This document shows positions 1-33,015 of a stretch of 64,000 bases of DNA, piece after piece. The stretch's first letter is position 1. Each line of letters starts with the position of its first letter. A program made the translations under genes and the position numbers. The DNA is from Macrostomum lignano (taxonomy: Eukaryota), in the NCBI GenBank assembly GCA_002269645.1, contig NIVC01001950.1:76493-140492 (forward strand). Direction: 5' to 3'. The notes under the pieces were generated by a model. It made no database searches. It saw only the letters and a program-made list of their open reading frames with translations, and had not been told where the DNA came from.

Positions 1-283
1 TACAGTAAAAATTGTAAAGCAATTACGGGCTACAATTATAATCGCGGATCCTGCCAGGGTAATTTATCATCTACAGTTGTTCTCTAGAACTATCGTTGTT
101 TATACTCCTTAAGCATAATTCTGTCTCTCGTAAAGTCCCGGATGTCTATAGTATATTTATAACTCGCTGTCTCAACTCAACAGCTATTATTTATAAAAGT
201 GAGCATAGACTCAAAATACGGATAAAGGACTTCGAACTTCTTCTGCAGCTGCTCTCCGGAAATAAAATTTCTTAAAATTTGAG

Positions 284-22084
<21,801 letters not shown>

Positions 22085-22348
22085 AATTTATTAAAGCTTA
22101 AAAATACGTGAACCCGAGTTACCCAATGCTAATATATAAAAGCGAAATCATAATTTACACTGAATTTGCATTTCGAATTTACGATACAATTGGAATTTGC
22201 AGTAAATAAAAATTATTAGATCGCATTACTAAAACACGCAGAGATCGCGAATATAAAGTACTTTATGAACTTGTATTTCAGTTCGCAGTGTCATTCCCAG
22301 CAGCAATAAAATGCAAGCCTCTTGGAGAAGGCGCAGGCCAGGCGCCCC

Positions 22349-24178
22349 TCATTGCTTGGCCATCATGGCCATGAACTCCTGGAAGTCAATCTCTCCGTCA
22401 CCGTTCATGTCGGCCTCTTTAATCATCTCTTCCACCTCTTCATCGGTGAGTTTCTCGCCCAGGTTGCACATCACCGCCTTGAGCTCGGCAGGGGAGATGA
22501 AGCCGTTGCCGTCTTTGTCGAACACCTGGCAATTTGATTATATGGATACAGGTTGAGGTGCGAGATCGCCGTGTACTGATTCAATATCGCTTTAGCTTTA
22601 GCACCAGGGGCGCCAGCACCAGGGGCGCCAGCACCAGGGGCGCCAGCACCAGGGGCGCCAGCACCAGGGGCGCCAGCACCAGGGGCGCCAGCACCAGGGG
22701 CGCCAGCACCAGGGGCGCCAGCACCAGGGGCGCCAGCACCAGGGGCGCCAGCACCAGGGGCGCCAGCACCAGGGGCGCCAGCACCAGGGGCGCCAGCACC
22801 AGGGGCGCCAGCACCAGGGGCGCCAGCACCAGGGGCGCCAGCACCAGGGGCGCCAGCAATATAGTAATGTTTACCATTTTTATAGTTTTCTATAATAATC
22901 AGAATGTAATTTTTTAACGAGGGCTGCACGAGGGCTGCAGGCGCCTATGGCGCCATCGTTCTACAACCAGCGCTGACTGCAATTCGGCCCATTCTGCTGA
23001 CTTCTGATCACATTCAAGGGCGCCAATACTGTACGCAGGCACAACACTCGTGCACCCGCTCACACAGGGTGTACAACGGCCTTGAGTCGGACGCGTTTAC
23101 GCTGATCTGCTTCGCACCATAGGATGCGTGATTTACGCAAATAATGCTTACTGGCACTTCGTACTCATGTCACGTTGAAACTTAATTCTAATTAGATACC
23201 CAAGCATCTCTGCATTACTGCTAGAGTATTGTTACTCTCGCTGTTTACTCAAGAAAATGAGCAATGGAAGATAAAAAACTTTGTATCAATAACTTGTAAA
23301 ATAATTTTCATTGTCTTCCTGACTGCCATTTGAGTGTCAGTGAGCCCTGAGTTGAGTGTCAGTAAGCCCTGAGTTGAGTGTCAGTAAGCCCTGAGTTGAG
23401 TGTCAGTGAGCACTACTGATTTTAGTGACAGTGAGCACTACTGATTTGAGTGACAGTGAGCGCTGATTTGAGTGACAGTGAGCACTACTGATTTGAGTGA
23501 CAGTGAGCACTACTGATTTGAGTGACAGTGAGCACTACTGATTTGAGTGACAGTGAGCACTACTGATTTGAGTGACAGTGAGCACTACTGATTTGAGTGA
23601 CAGTGAGCACTACTGATTTGAGTGACAGTGAGCACTACTGATTTGAGTGTCAGTGAGCACTACTGATTGGAGTGTCAGTAAGCCCTGATTTGAGTGTCAG
23701 TAAGCCCTGATTTGAGTGTCAGTAAACCCTGATTTGAGTGTCAGTAAGCGCCGATTTGAGTGTCACTAAGCGCCAGTCATAAGCTCCAATTCAAGTCTCA
23801 AAATACCTAGCCAGTACTCAAACACAGAATTGCAATTTTTCTCACCCTGAACGCCTCTTTGAGCTCCGCCTCCGTGTCCGTATCCTTGATCCTCTTTCCC
23901 ATGAGGATGCAGAACTCCTCAAAATCAATAATCCCATTCCCATCGATGTCGATCTCCCCAATCATGTCCTGCAGCTCGGCCTCCGTGGGATTCTGGCCCA
24001 GAGCTCGCATCACAGTTCCCAACTCTTGAGTAGTGATGGAGCCAGAGTTGTCTTTGTCAAACAGACCGAACACCTCCTTCATATCGTTCACCTGCTCCTC
24101 CGTCATGTCTTCGATGCCTCGGAATGTGTTCGAATCGCCTGCCGCAGGCGACTCTTCTGCCGCTGCAAAGTCTGGCAT
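22349..24178 (-). CDS. Calmodulin-like EF-hand protein, 2 exons (24178-23846, 22525-22349), 169 aa with N-terminal extension
   Basis: Four EF loops [36 protein letters not shown]; [14 protein letters not shown]; AGG|GTGAG and CCAG|GTG. Confidence 0.93.
22600..22858. repeat. 15-bp minisatellite (CCAGGGGCGCCAGCA) in the calmodulin-like intron
   Basis: About 17 near-perfect copies. Confidence 0.95.
23335..23780. repeat. 25-bp/21-bp minisatellite in the calmodulin-like intron
   Basis: GATTTGAGTGACAGTGAGCACTACT, period 25, flanked by 21-bp variants. Confidence 0.9.
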
Positions 24179-25730
24179 TGCTGAAGCGTTGTTGCTGCTT
24201 TGAGAGCGAGAGAGCTTCTTCTACAGTCTGCCTAACCGCTACCAGGGACTCCGTTGGTTTTTTTACTCTCAGGCCAGAATTTTGTTTATGCATCTGCGCA
24301 GCTATACGGGTGATGATGAGCATGGAGGTGCATTTTAGTGTGCTTTTCATTTCGTTCGAAGCTGTGCGAATTGTGGGAGGGTCGGTTGGCTTCTTTGAAT
24401 TACTGCCCCCAACCTAGCCTACCCCTACACCCCCCGACCGTAATTCGCTGGAAGTGCAAATAATGTCCATGGACCTCATGCAGCGAGATCTGGACTGAAA
24501 GACGAACTTGATCCGTTCGATAAGTAAATCAGTCTAGCAAATTCTCTGCAATCCAGTGAATAATATTGAAGGATCCTGATGAAAGATCCGGGAGTTGAAT
24601 TAGCTCAACGGTAATTTGGTGTTTTTGTGCCAAAATTGACCCATTGGGTTGCCAGACATGAGGGCCAACCCCAAAACGCATGTAGAATATGAGAGAATGC
24701 TTGTATGAGTATTCATGTAAATTTTGGAGTCTAGATGGACATCCAACCGATGCAAGATTATTTTAGGGTTTTTTCCAATCCAAGAATCCAGAGGTCCTTG
24801 CAATAGCGCTTCGCTCCGCTGCAGTGTACGTTTTTTCTGCATTTTTCTTTTCATTGTCCTGAGAGAACAGCTTTAGCATAGCCTCGCCAATATGCCAAGC
24901 GTGCGCCACTCATAAAAGTGAACCTCTATATAGAGCAATTCTATTTAGAATAAAATAAAAATGCAAACGAGGCGGGACAAGTTTTATTACCAAGCTGCAC
25001 TACTCTTCGAATATATAAGTAGACACTAAACACTAAAAGAGGATAATTTTATCCAGATTTACAATGTTTGTTCATTTAACACCGGAAATTTAACGCAAAA
25101 CAATAGTTTGTACGAGTATAAAGTAATCGATAGCCGGATGCGTCTAAAACAAGTTATAAATGTTAAAATTAAAATTACAACGAAAGAAAACCCTTTTTAA
25201 AAATAAAATCTAGCAGTTATAATGTTTGTTTAGATCTATAATACTACGGAGTAAGAATACAGTACAAGTTTCCTAGAAAAAGGTTTGAAAAAAATCATGG
25301 CTTTACACGAAAAGGTACACGATCAACATAGAAATTGTTTCTTTATGACAAAGAAAGAATAGATAATCATTATCGTTGATTTTCAAATGCTGGTCTTAAT
25401 TAAGCTGAATTGTCAGCTTTTATCGCTTCAATATTTTAAATTTGATGCAAAAAAAGATGTATAGTATACATTTTAATGAGCATTTTGTTTTTATGAGTCA
25501 GAAAATATTTCTATTTTTACGTCTAAAAAATTTGCTAGTGTAATTTATAATTTTTTGCTTAAAACGCCAGCATTTAAAGGTTTTTCGAAAAATCGTTCGG
25601 ATTTACCTTCTTTGCTTTGACTTTATGACGTCTAGCTGTACGAGTACAATAAGCTTGAATTCACACGCAGGTTAGTCTGAGAACAATTAGGAACTTAATT
25701 AGGCAGTGCATGGTTTGCCTGTTGGAGTCA

Positions 25731-25744
25731 GTTGTCATGGTAAC
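25731..25744. promoter_or_regulatory. RFX X-box-like motif upstream of the calmodulin-like gene
   Basis: GTTGTCATGGTAAC; second copy GTTGTCATGGCAAC at 26110-26123. Confidence 0.35.
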
Positions 25745-27098
25745 CTGCCAAAGCAGTGCAGACTGTCGCGTCCTTGGCTACCTGCGGCGACCACGCAGAT
25801 TCCGTTGGCTGGCGAGCCGCTGCAGGCCAGGCCGCGCGGTCTCCAGGCTGCGGTCTCCGCAGATTCCGGCTTGATTTGCCCGCCGCTGATTGGCGCGTCA
25901 ACGAAGGCGCCCTCCAGGCTGTGCCGCGCCACCCGGTGCGCGCCGGAGTCGCAGAGCAGCACGTGACGTCCAGAGACGTCGAATCTCAGACCGAATGGCT
26001 GCTGCGGCTCGTCCTCGGTGCTGGCGGCCCACAGGAAGGCGAGAAGGTCGCCGCGTGGATTCAGCACTGCGGCTCTGCCGTTCTCAATGTCTGACACGGC
26101 TATGAAGCCGTTGTCATGGCAACAGTCGACGTAGCTGGGTCTTAACGGTCGGTCGCCTTTGCCCAGCTCGATCGTGGCCAAGTGACGTCCTTCAGCGTCG
26201 AGTCTGTAGAGCCTACTGGAGCTCAGGTCGGTGAGCAGCAGGTGGCCCTCCCTGGTGGAGCAGATGTCTGCTGGGGAGCGACAGGCGCCGTCAGGCAGAG
26301 GCGGCGCGCGGCCCAGCGAGTGGCCGAAAACGCTGCGACATTCGATGCGACCGAGGCGCCAGTCGGTGACCCAAAGCGCATGGTTGGTCACCTTGATTGG
26401 GAACAGGAGTGTGGGAGGGCAAAGACAATAATTCAACTACGCGCACAAATTCATACATATTAGGGAATACAGAGGGAATTGCATAGATTTTTAGGCTCAC
26501 AGGGGGAATTGCTGAGATGCCAAGACTTACAAAGGGAATCGCAGAGATGTAAAGGCTTACAGGGAGAATTGCTGAGATGTCAAGGCTTACAGGGGGAATT
26601 GCTGAGATGTCAAGGCTGAGGTCAGAAGCTGCGACATGTAGTTTATTAAAAAAATTGTTTTTCATTCTTTGTTAGCTACTATATAATAGTTCTAAAACTA
26701 TAATAAATTCCAATTAATGCGTTGTGCATACATATGGAAGGTGCAATGCCCTCGTGGGATGTCTTGTGAAGGTTTGATGTCCTGGGAAGGGACGATGTCC
26801 TCAGGGGGGGGGTATACATAAACTAGTCTCTAATTCAGGTCCGCACTTATATATGTTTCCTGGAAACTGGAAAACTCACCTGACAAACTCCAGCAGGAGA
26901 GAAGTCAAATCCCAGTCGGACCTGATAGTCCCATTGGGGCAGCCCGGAAGCTGAGAAGTAGACCAGTCGGTGTTCAGCAGCGTCAGGCACCAGCCAGTCA
27001 AGTCCTGGCAAGTCACTGATTGCACAGGCGCTGCGCCAGAGAACCGCCGAGCCAGACGGAGGCTTGTAGGTCCAGCGCCATTGCAGATCGGCCTGCAT
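25735..27098 (-). CDS. NHL-repeat (beta-propeller) protein, exons 27098-26922 and 26391-25735 (~277 aa; may have further upstream exons)
   Basis: LWVTDW, SPADI..LLLTDL, PSYVD..IAVSD, PFGL..LLCDSGAHRV, PRGL; phase-0 CAG|GT and AAG|GT sites. Confidence 0.78.
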
Positions 27099-27511
27099 GG
27101 TGCAGTCTGCAGAGAATTCAATACGAGAGCCTACTAGATAGCTTTCTTCTGCACTTGTGGCATCGGCTGTGAGAGCAGTCAGTTTTGTTTTAACTGGTAT
27201 TATAGCAGAAGGCAAGTGTACTTCGAGAACGTTTACTGTACACAGTTTTAGAGGGGTGTGTACTCCTCTATTTGTAGTGGCTGAGGGTAGAGAGAAAGGT
27301 ACAGTAGAGAGTCTAGAGATGCCAAACAGCTGGGAGTGAGCTGCAGCAGCTCTTACTTTTCTCTGCCCATACTGTGTTCATCCAAGGAGAACTACGTGTA
27401 GGACCTGTGATAGCAATTAACTTCTATTTAGTAGTCCCTGATCCTAGCATGCAGTGTTACCTAGCTACAACTTCATATACATATACGGTACAGGTAGCTA
27501 TTGCTTGCACT

Positions 27512-27688
27512 GGGCGCCCCTGGTGCTGGCGCCCCCTGGTGCTGGCGCCCCCCTGGTGCTGGCGCCCCCTGGTGCTGGCGCCCCCCTGGTGCTGGCGCCC
27601 CCTGGTGCTGGCGCCCCCTGGTGCTGGCGCCCCCTGGTGCTGGCGCCCCCTGATGCTGGCGCCCCCCCTGGTACTGGCGCCCCCTCTC
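27512..27688. repeat. GGCGCC minisatellite, inverted relative to 22600-22858
   Basis: (TGGTGCTGGCGCCCCC)-type units, reverse complement of the 15-bp family. Confidence 0.9.
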
Positions 27689-28019
27689 GCTAAAGTTACG
27701 TGACTAGCTAAACGTTAACATAATAGTTTGGTTTAACCAATTCTGATACGCTCTGGTGTCATTTTGGACTTAAGTAATATCTTCGCATTTAAAGTAAGTT
27801 GAACACACTATTGGCAACAATAGGCTATGGAGCTAGTGCTGACAGAAGCTACTAAAACATAGGATCTGCTTGTATACAAATGGATTTAGGGCTTCGTTTA
27901 TACGGAACCGAATATCAGATGGACTAAATAAACATAGGCAGCAATTTTGAATTTTAAACATAAATTTTTAATTAAAAAACACTAATAAATAATGACCAAA
28001 TCCAAAAAGTAATTAAGGA

Positions 28020-28240
28020 AGCGAAGTAAGGAAAGACCAGAGATTGAGGCTCAGAAGACAGGCGAAGCTGGCAATTAGAGGAAGGGCTAGAGGGCAATTA
28101 GAGGGAGGGATAGAGGTCAATTCGAGGGAGGGATAGAGGGCAATTAGAGGGAAGGATAGAGGGCAATTAGAGGAGAGATAGGATAGACAGTAATTACGAG
28201 CTAGATGGAGTGATATAGAGGGCAATTAGAGGGAGAGAGA
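28020..28240. repeat. Purine-rich degenerate minisatellite
   Basis: GGCAATTAGAGG(G)AAGGATAGAG units. Confidence 0.7.
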
Positions 28241-28541
28241 CTGTAATTAAAATAAGTGTGATCGCATTTAAAAACAAAGTTTGTCTCTCAAGTCACAGAA
28301 AGAATTGTTTAAATTCTGGTCCAATAGTGCTCACAGGGGCATAATTACATACCAGTAGCTCCACCAATACTCATTATAAACGCCAGAACTATCACGAAAT
28401 GTTGCAAGAATTTTTCACTTAGCCTCGCTCATTGGCTTAATGAAATTTAGGCAATTCTCAATACTTTTTTATTTAAATTTTAAAAAAATAAAACGGCCCT
28501 TTTAAGGGCCACCACTTCCATTATCATATCTAACAGTCTAC

Positions 28542-29485
28542 GGGTCTACGACGTTTGCCTGCCGGACGTTTGCAGGCGGCAATTGGTTAAAGAAGTATGC
28601 CCTCTCTAGGCTTACATGTACTTGCATTTGAAAACTGTAGACATAGCACTAATCTAATTCCACCTGGCTCCCTACTACTGCAATTAAATATACAGGTTAC
28701 TAACAAACTACTGTTCAGGCTTATTGAAGTTATTGCTCTTGTCTGCCCAAATAGGAAGGTAAAAATACAAAATAGGACTTTCCATTGTCACAGTTGATGT
28801 CTATGTATGCCATGGAATGGCCCTTTCCATCTTAGTGGCCAAACAAGCTAAGTGTTTACAAGCTAAATGGAAAGATTGAGACATCCATAATGGTATTGGC
28901 TTAGTCTCGCCTATATATACTTAACTCAAAGGCCAAACTCTGCTTAACGGAGTTTGGCCATGACAGCGTGCGCTCGACAAGCTGCATTGGAATTAATTCG
29001 CTTACTTTTGGATCTCCCAATGAACTGGGAAATATATAAGCCAGAATTATCGTTCTTTTATTTGCTCAAAACTAATTGGCTCGCTAGAGATTCCCGTTAA
29101 ATTGCGCGTCCTCATTCGCAAGTGAAAAATCAGACATCTCAAACTGGGAAAAGCGATACAAAACCGTCAGAAGTTAACTTTATAATGTTTTCACATTCAA
29201 AGAAATTTTTGTTAAACTAAAAGTTAGATTGATGAACTGCATAATTTGTATAGAGTTTGTTTTTGAACTTTTATACATGCGAATAACTGTCAAAAAGTTG
29301 GATTAAAAAAACTTTTTAACCCGCTAAACTGCGAATATTTCAGTATCAAATTTTTCACTCACTGACTTAATGTTGGCTGGCAAACGTCCCGCAGGCAAAC
29401 GTCCCGCAGGTAAACGTCAGCTGGCAAACGTCCCGCAGGCAAACGTCCCGCAGGCAAACGTCCCGCAGGCAAACGTCGCTATCCC
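28542..29485. mobile_element. Non-autonomous Mutator-like (Muta1/Phantom-type) element
   Basis: Imperfect TIR GGG(TCTA/ATAG)CGACGTTTGCCTGC.GGACGTTTGC with subterminal 15-bp repeats at 29377-29477; GGGTCTAC terminus recalls Aedes Muta1; TSD not clean. Confidence 0.55.
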
Positions 29486-32000
29486 CAGTAATACATGTAC
29501 TGTAGGGTAAGCGCGACGAATATTTCCGATAATTTTGTCTACGCACATTTTTATTCGATAATATAAGAGAAAGAATTATAAGTGCATTTAATTTACAAGT
29601 CCTCAAAGCTGATAGAAACATGTAAACTTTGTTTATTGACTGAGGACAAATTGCATGCATCTGAAGACATTATGGAGGGTTCCAGAACAGATAGAATAGC
29701 TTTATTCTGTCCTGTGGGTGCCAGGGGTAGAAGAAGACAGGAAAATACAGAGACAGCTAGAAGAAACATATGCCTGTTTAGATACATTGATTCATATTGT
29801 ACTACTAGCTATAGATACATGCAGATTGTAAATTGAAAGTCTGGCTAAAACAAGGTAGTGCAGAGCAGGTCCCAGAGAGCTTTCATACATCCTGTCCTGT
29901 GTGCCTAAATCCACGATCCCATGGCCAGCTGCACCTACACTATTGCAGCCCAAGCAAGTGAAATCAAATAATGTACCGTCCAAACTATATTTATTAAATA
30001 TATATGATGGGTTCGGCTTTTTTAAGCCTGTAGCTCCGGGCCTCAGAGCTCAGAAATGAATCGCTTAGAACTCTGGCCTCTCACTCCTGTCAGATGGTCA
30101 GCCCCATGGTAGCTAGATTGTGGGCCAGCAGCAAGGTCCTATAGCTAAGAGAAGACAGCGAGAGACAAGCTGGGAGAATTTGAAAGGTAGAGATTAGCTA
30201 ATCCGCAGATTAGCTAACCCGCTGCCACCAGTCCTAACCAAACCGGAGCTATCGAAATCGGACTTCCGACTAGAGGGGCACTGTACTTACCTGCCATCTA
30301 GTGTCTTTTAGCTGTCTAAATCTCGAAGTCATAGCCGAATAGAAGGGACGCTGCTGGGACTAAGATCGCATGGCCATGCAGGGACAGAGACGACTTGTGC
30401 AGGGGGTTCATGCGCTGGTGAGCCTTTATACACTACTAAATGTACTATTTCATTACCAATTCCCAGAAGTACATGTATCAGTACACGTGACTGCACGCTT
30501 TTGGCACTAAATGTGTAAACACGTCGACAGATAGCGTTGATGTAGATGCATTGTTACTTTTGGAGACCGTTAGACTAATATTTAAATTTGTTTAGCCGCT
30601 TTAATTAGCTGCCTGAGACTGCACGAAAGTGCCAGTCTGGCACTTGATTTGCATTCTTATCGTGATTTCCGAGATCGACTGATTGACTGGGAACTGTGCC
30701 GCTTCCGGTCCACTGTGACCTCTGCCTCTAGATCTAGCCGCTCATCTCAGCTGGCATTGCGAAAAAGAAAGAAAACGCCAAGTCTTTAACTTCTAGATTT
30801 AACTTTCTCACTTAATCCGCAATCCTAAACACCTTAGATCGAGTCAGAGCAAAGGGCTACTTTTAGTATTATATGAAACTTTTGCCTCGACTTTGGCACA
30901 CAAAAAGTGCAGTGACGTCGGCTGGCACTTGCACACAGAAACAAAGCAATTAAAAGTAAAAATAGCGCGATAATAATACGTACGAATATTGTTAAAATAA
31001 ATGGAAGAATACAGTAGTAGCACGGTATGCATATGAAAATAAAGAAATACGATACGCGCGCTTCTACGAATCACACTGTCACACCCGCCCCTCTACTAAA
31101 AAATACTGAAAAACGAAGAGCAGAAAATACGAATATTTCGAACAGCGACGAAAAAAAAGTAACAAAAACTTATTTCGAAAATACCGAACAAAATAATTTA
31201 CATGCGAGTTCAATTACTGGTATTGTTGGCATCAGTTTCGGATGAAAATATTGAAAAATACACAAAGCATTGGAACGAACAGGAATTAAAATAGATATTT
31301 GTCAAAGGAATGCTTCTCGCATTTCAAAATATTGAACAATATTTGGTGCAACGAGTTAGAGCCGAATTAAAGTACTCACAATGATTAATTATAGGAAATA
31401 TCAAAGGTGTCGCAAACCAACTCAAAACACTGCAAAGCAAATCACGAGACGCAAAACCGGCACAGGCACACCCTATGACTAAGAGAACACACCAAAGCGA
31501 GACGAAACAGGGCGCACCTAGCAACCTAGAAACACCAAGCAAACGGAGCACGAGAGAAACGGGAAAAGAATTCGAGCAAGCCCGGAGGCGAGCTCAGGTC
31601 CGCGCACAAACACGAACCCAGCCGGGGACCGATCAAGAACGACCACAAGGGCACGCCGATCAACGGCGCCGGAACCGACCTCGGAACCAGACGAACAGAG
31701 ACCCTATGGTGCTCTGCACAGCCACACAGGCTTGACAACGGCGGCAGAAAACGCGCTAAAGACCGACAAGCGCTACTTAAGTACAGACGACACGCGATTG
31801 AATGACGATGCAAATTAACTAAACTCTAGGACCGTAAACTACATGTATGAACTGATGATGTATGAACTCTGTACTTTGTTATCTTGGAACAACCCTGTTT
31901 ATTTTCTTTTTTGTGACAATTATATTAGTTTTTATGCGTTTTTAAAGGAACATTTTCTGAGTATTAATTTTACCCGGTCCGAGCGAGTTGCGATCGATTT

Positions 32001-33015
32001 TTATTTATTAAATAGCTGTGCTAGAAAATTTCGACAACGTGCCGGTTTGGTAACAATCCTTCTGGATCTAGTCGTCTGTGTCGATTGAGGCAAGGAAATG
32101 GCGTCAATCTGTTCTTGTGGAGCGACAGCTTCCATCGTGGTCTCACTGTCAGGATCCTCGATGGCTTCTACCGGCATACCGGCTTCCCCCCTAACGGGAC
32201 TGCCTTCAGCCGGAGCTTGCTCCTCGGTGACATCTTCTGCCGCCTCCTCCAACAGATCGCCATTTTCATCGAACACAGCTCTGCCACTCTGTTTACCGTT
32301 CGAAACCTCGTGCAGATCACCTTCATCGATTACTGCCGCCTCTCCTTCCAAGGGCTCCATCGGCGGTGGTGGCACTGCAACTGGCAGGTCGGGAGTGGCA
32401 ACTGTGGTAACCTGCTGGGACTCATCCACAAGCGCTGATGACGCACTTTCTGATACCTGGAGCGGTTGAGTCGCAGCACTTTGATTGGAACCGTTGATGG
32501 AGCACGAAGACAACCAGGTAGACTGGTCGTCTCCTCGCAAGCCTACTCTTGACGACGGCATTCTGGCTGGCGTGCGAGTCCCGTACCTGTCCACAACATC
32601 TTCATAAGGCTGTTTGCGCACACAGCGCTTCATCCGATCGACATTGTACACATTGTGAGACGGGTTGGGAATGCACTCCAAAGGATTTATTCTAGCGAAT
32701 TCTGGAATGAGTCTGTAATTCCTCTCCGAAATGTTTTGCAACACCTTGTATGGTCCAAACCAGACAGCACTGTCGAGGCCACGATGGTCGGCGTTGAGGA
32801 CCCATACAAGATCGCCTATCTCGAAGTTAGAGTTCAGCGCGCTGCGGTCATAGTAGCGCTTTTGGCGCTCTTGGGCCTTTCCACGGGCATGGCGCGCAGC
32901 CGCTGATACCTCAACGAGCGTCTGGTGCAGATAATGTGCATACAGTTCAGGTCTGTACCTATCTTGAACTGGTGGATTATGAACCAGATCCAGTGGCAGA
33001 TTTAGCTCGTGTCCA
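32001..33015 (-). CDS. Frameshifted integrase C-terminus (GPY motif, acidic tail)
   Basis: GHELNLPLDL..QERQKRYYD..VWFGPYKVL..YNVDRMK..RSRRIVTKP. Confidence 0.8.

Noticed and set aside
22471-22929. Collagen- or silk-like GAPGA ORF
   Set aside because: Perfect DNA-level 15-bp repeat open in several frames inside the calmodulin-like intron; no synonymous variation.
23335-23780. CRISPR-like regular repeats (also the 21-, 24-, 49- and 178-bp arrays)
   Set aside because: Head-to-tail repeats without unique spacers, no cas genes, eukaryotic context.
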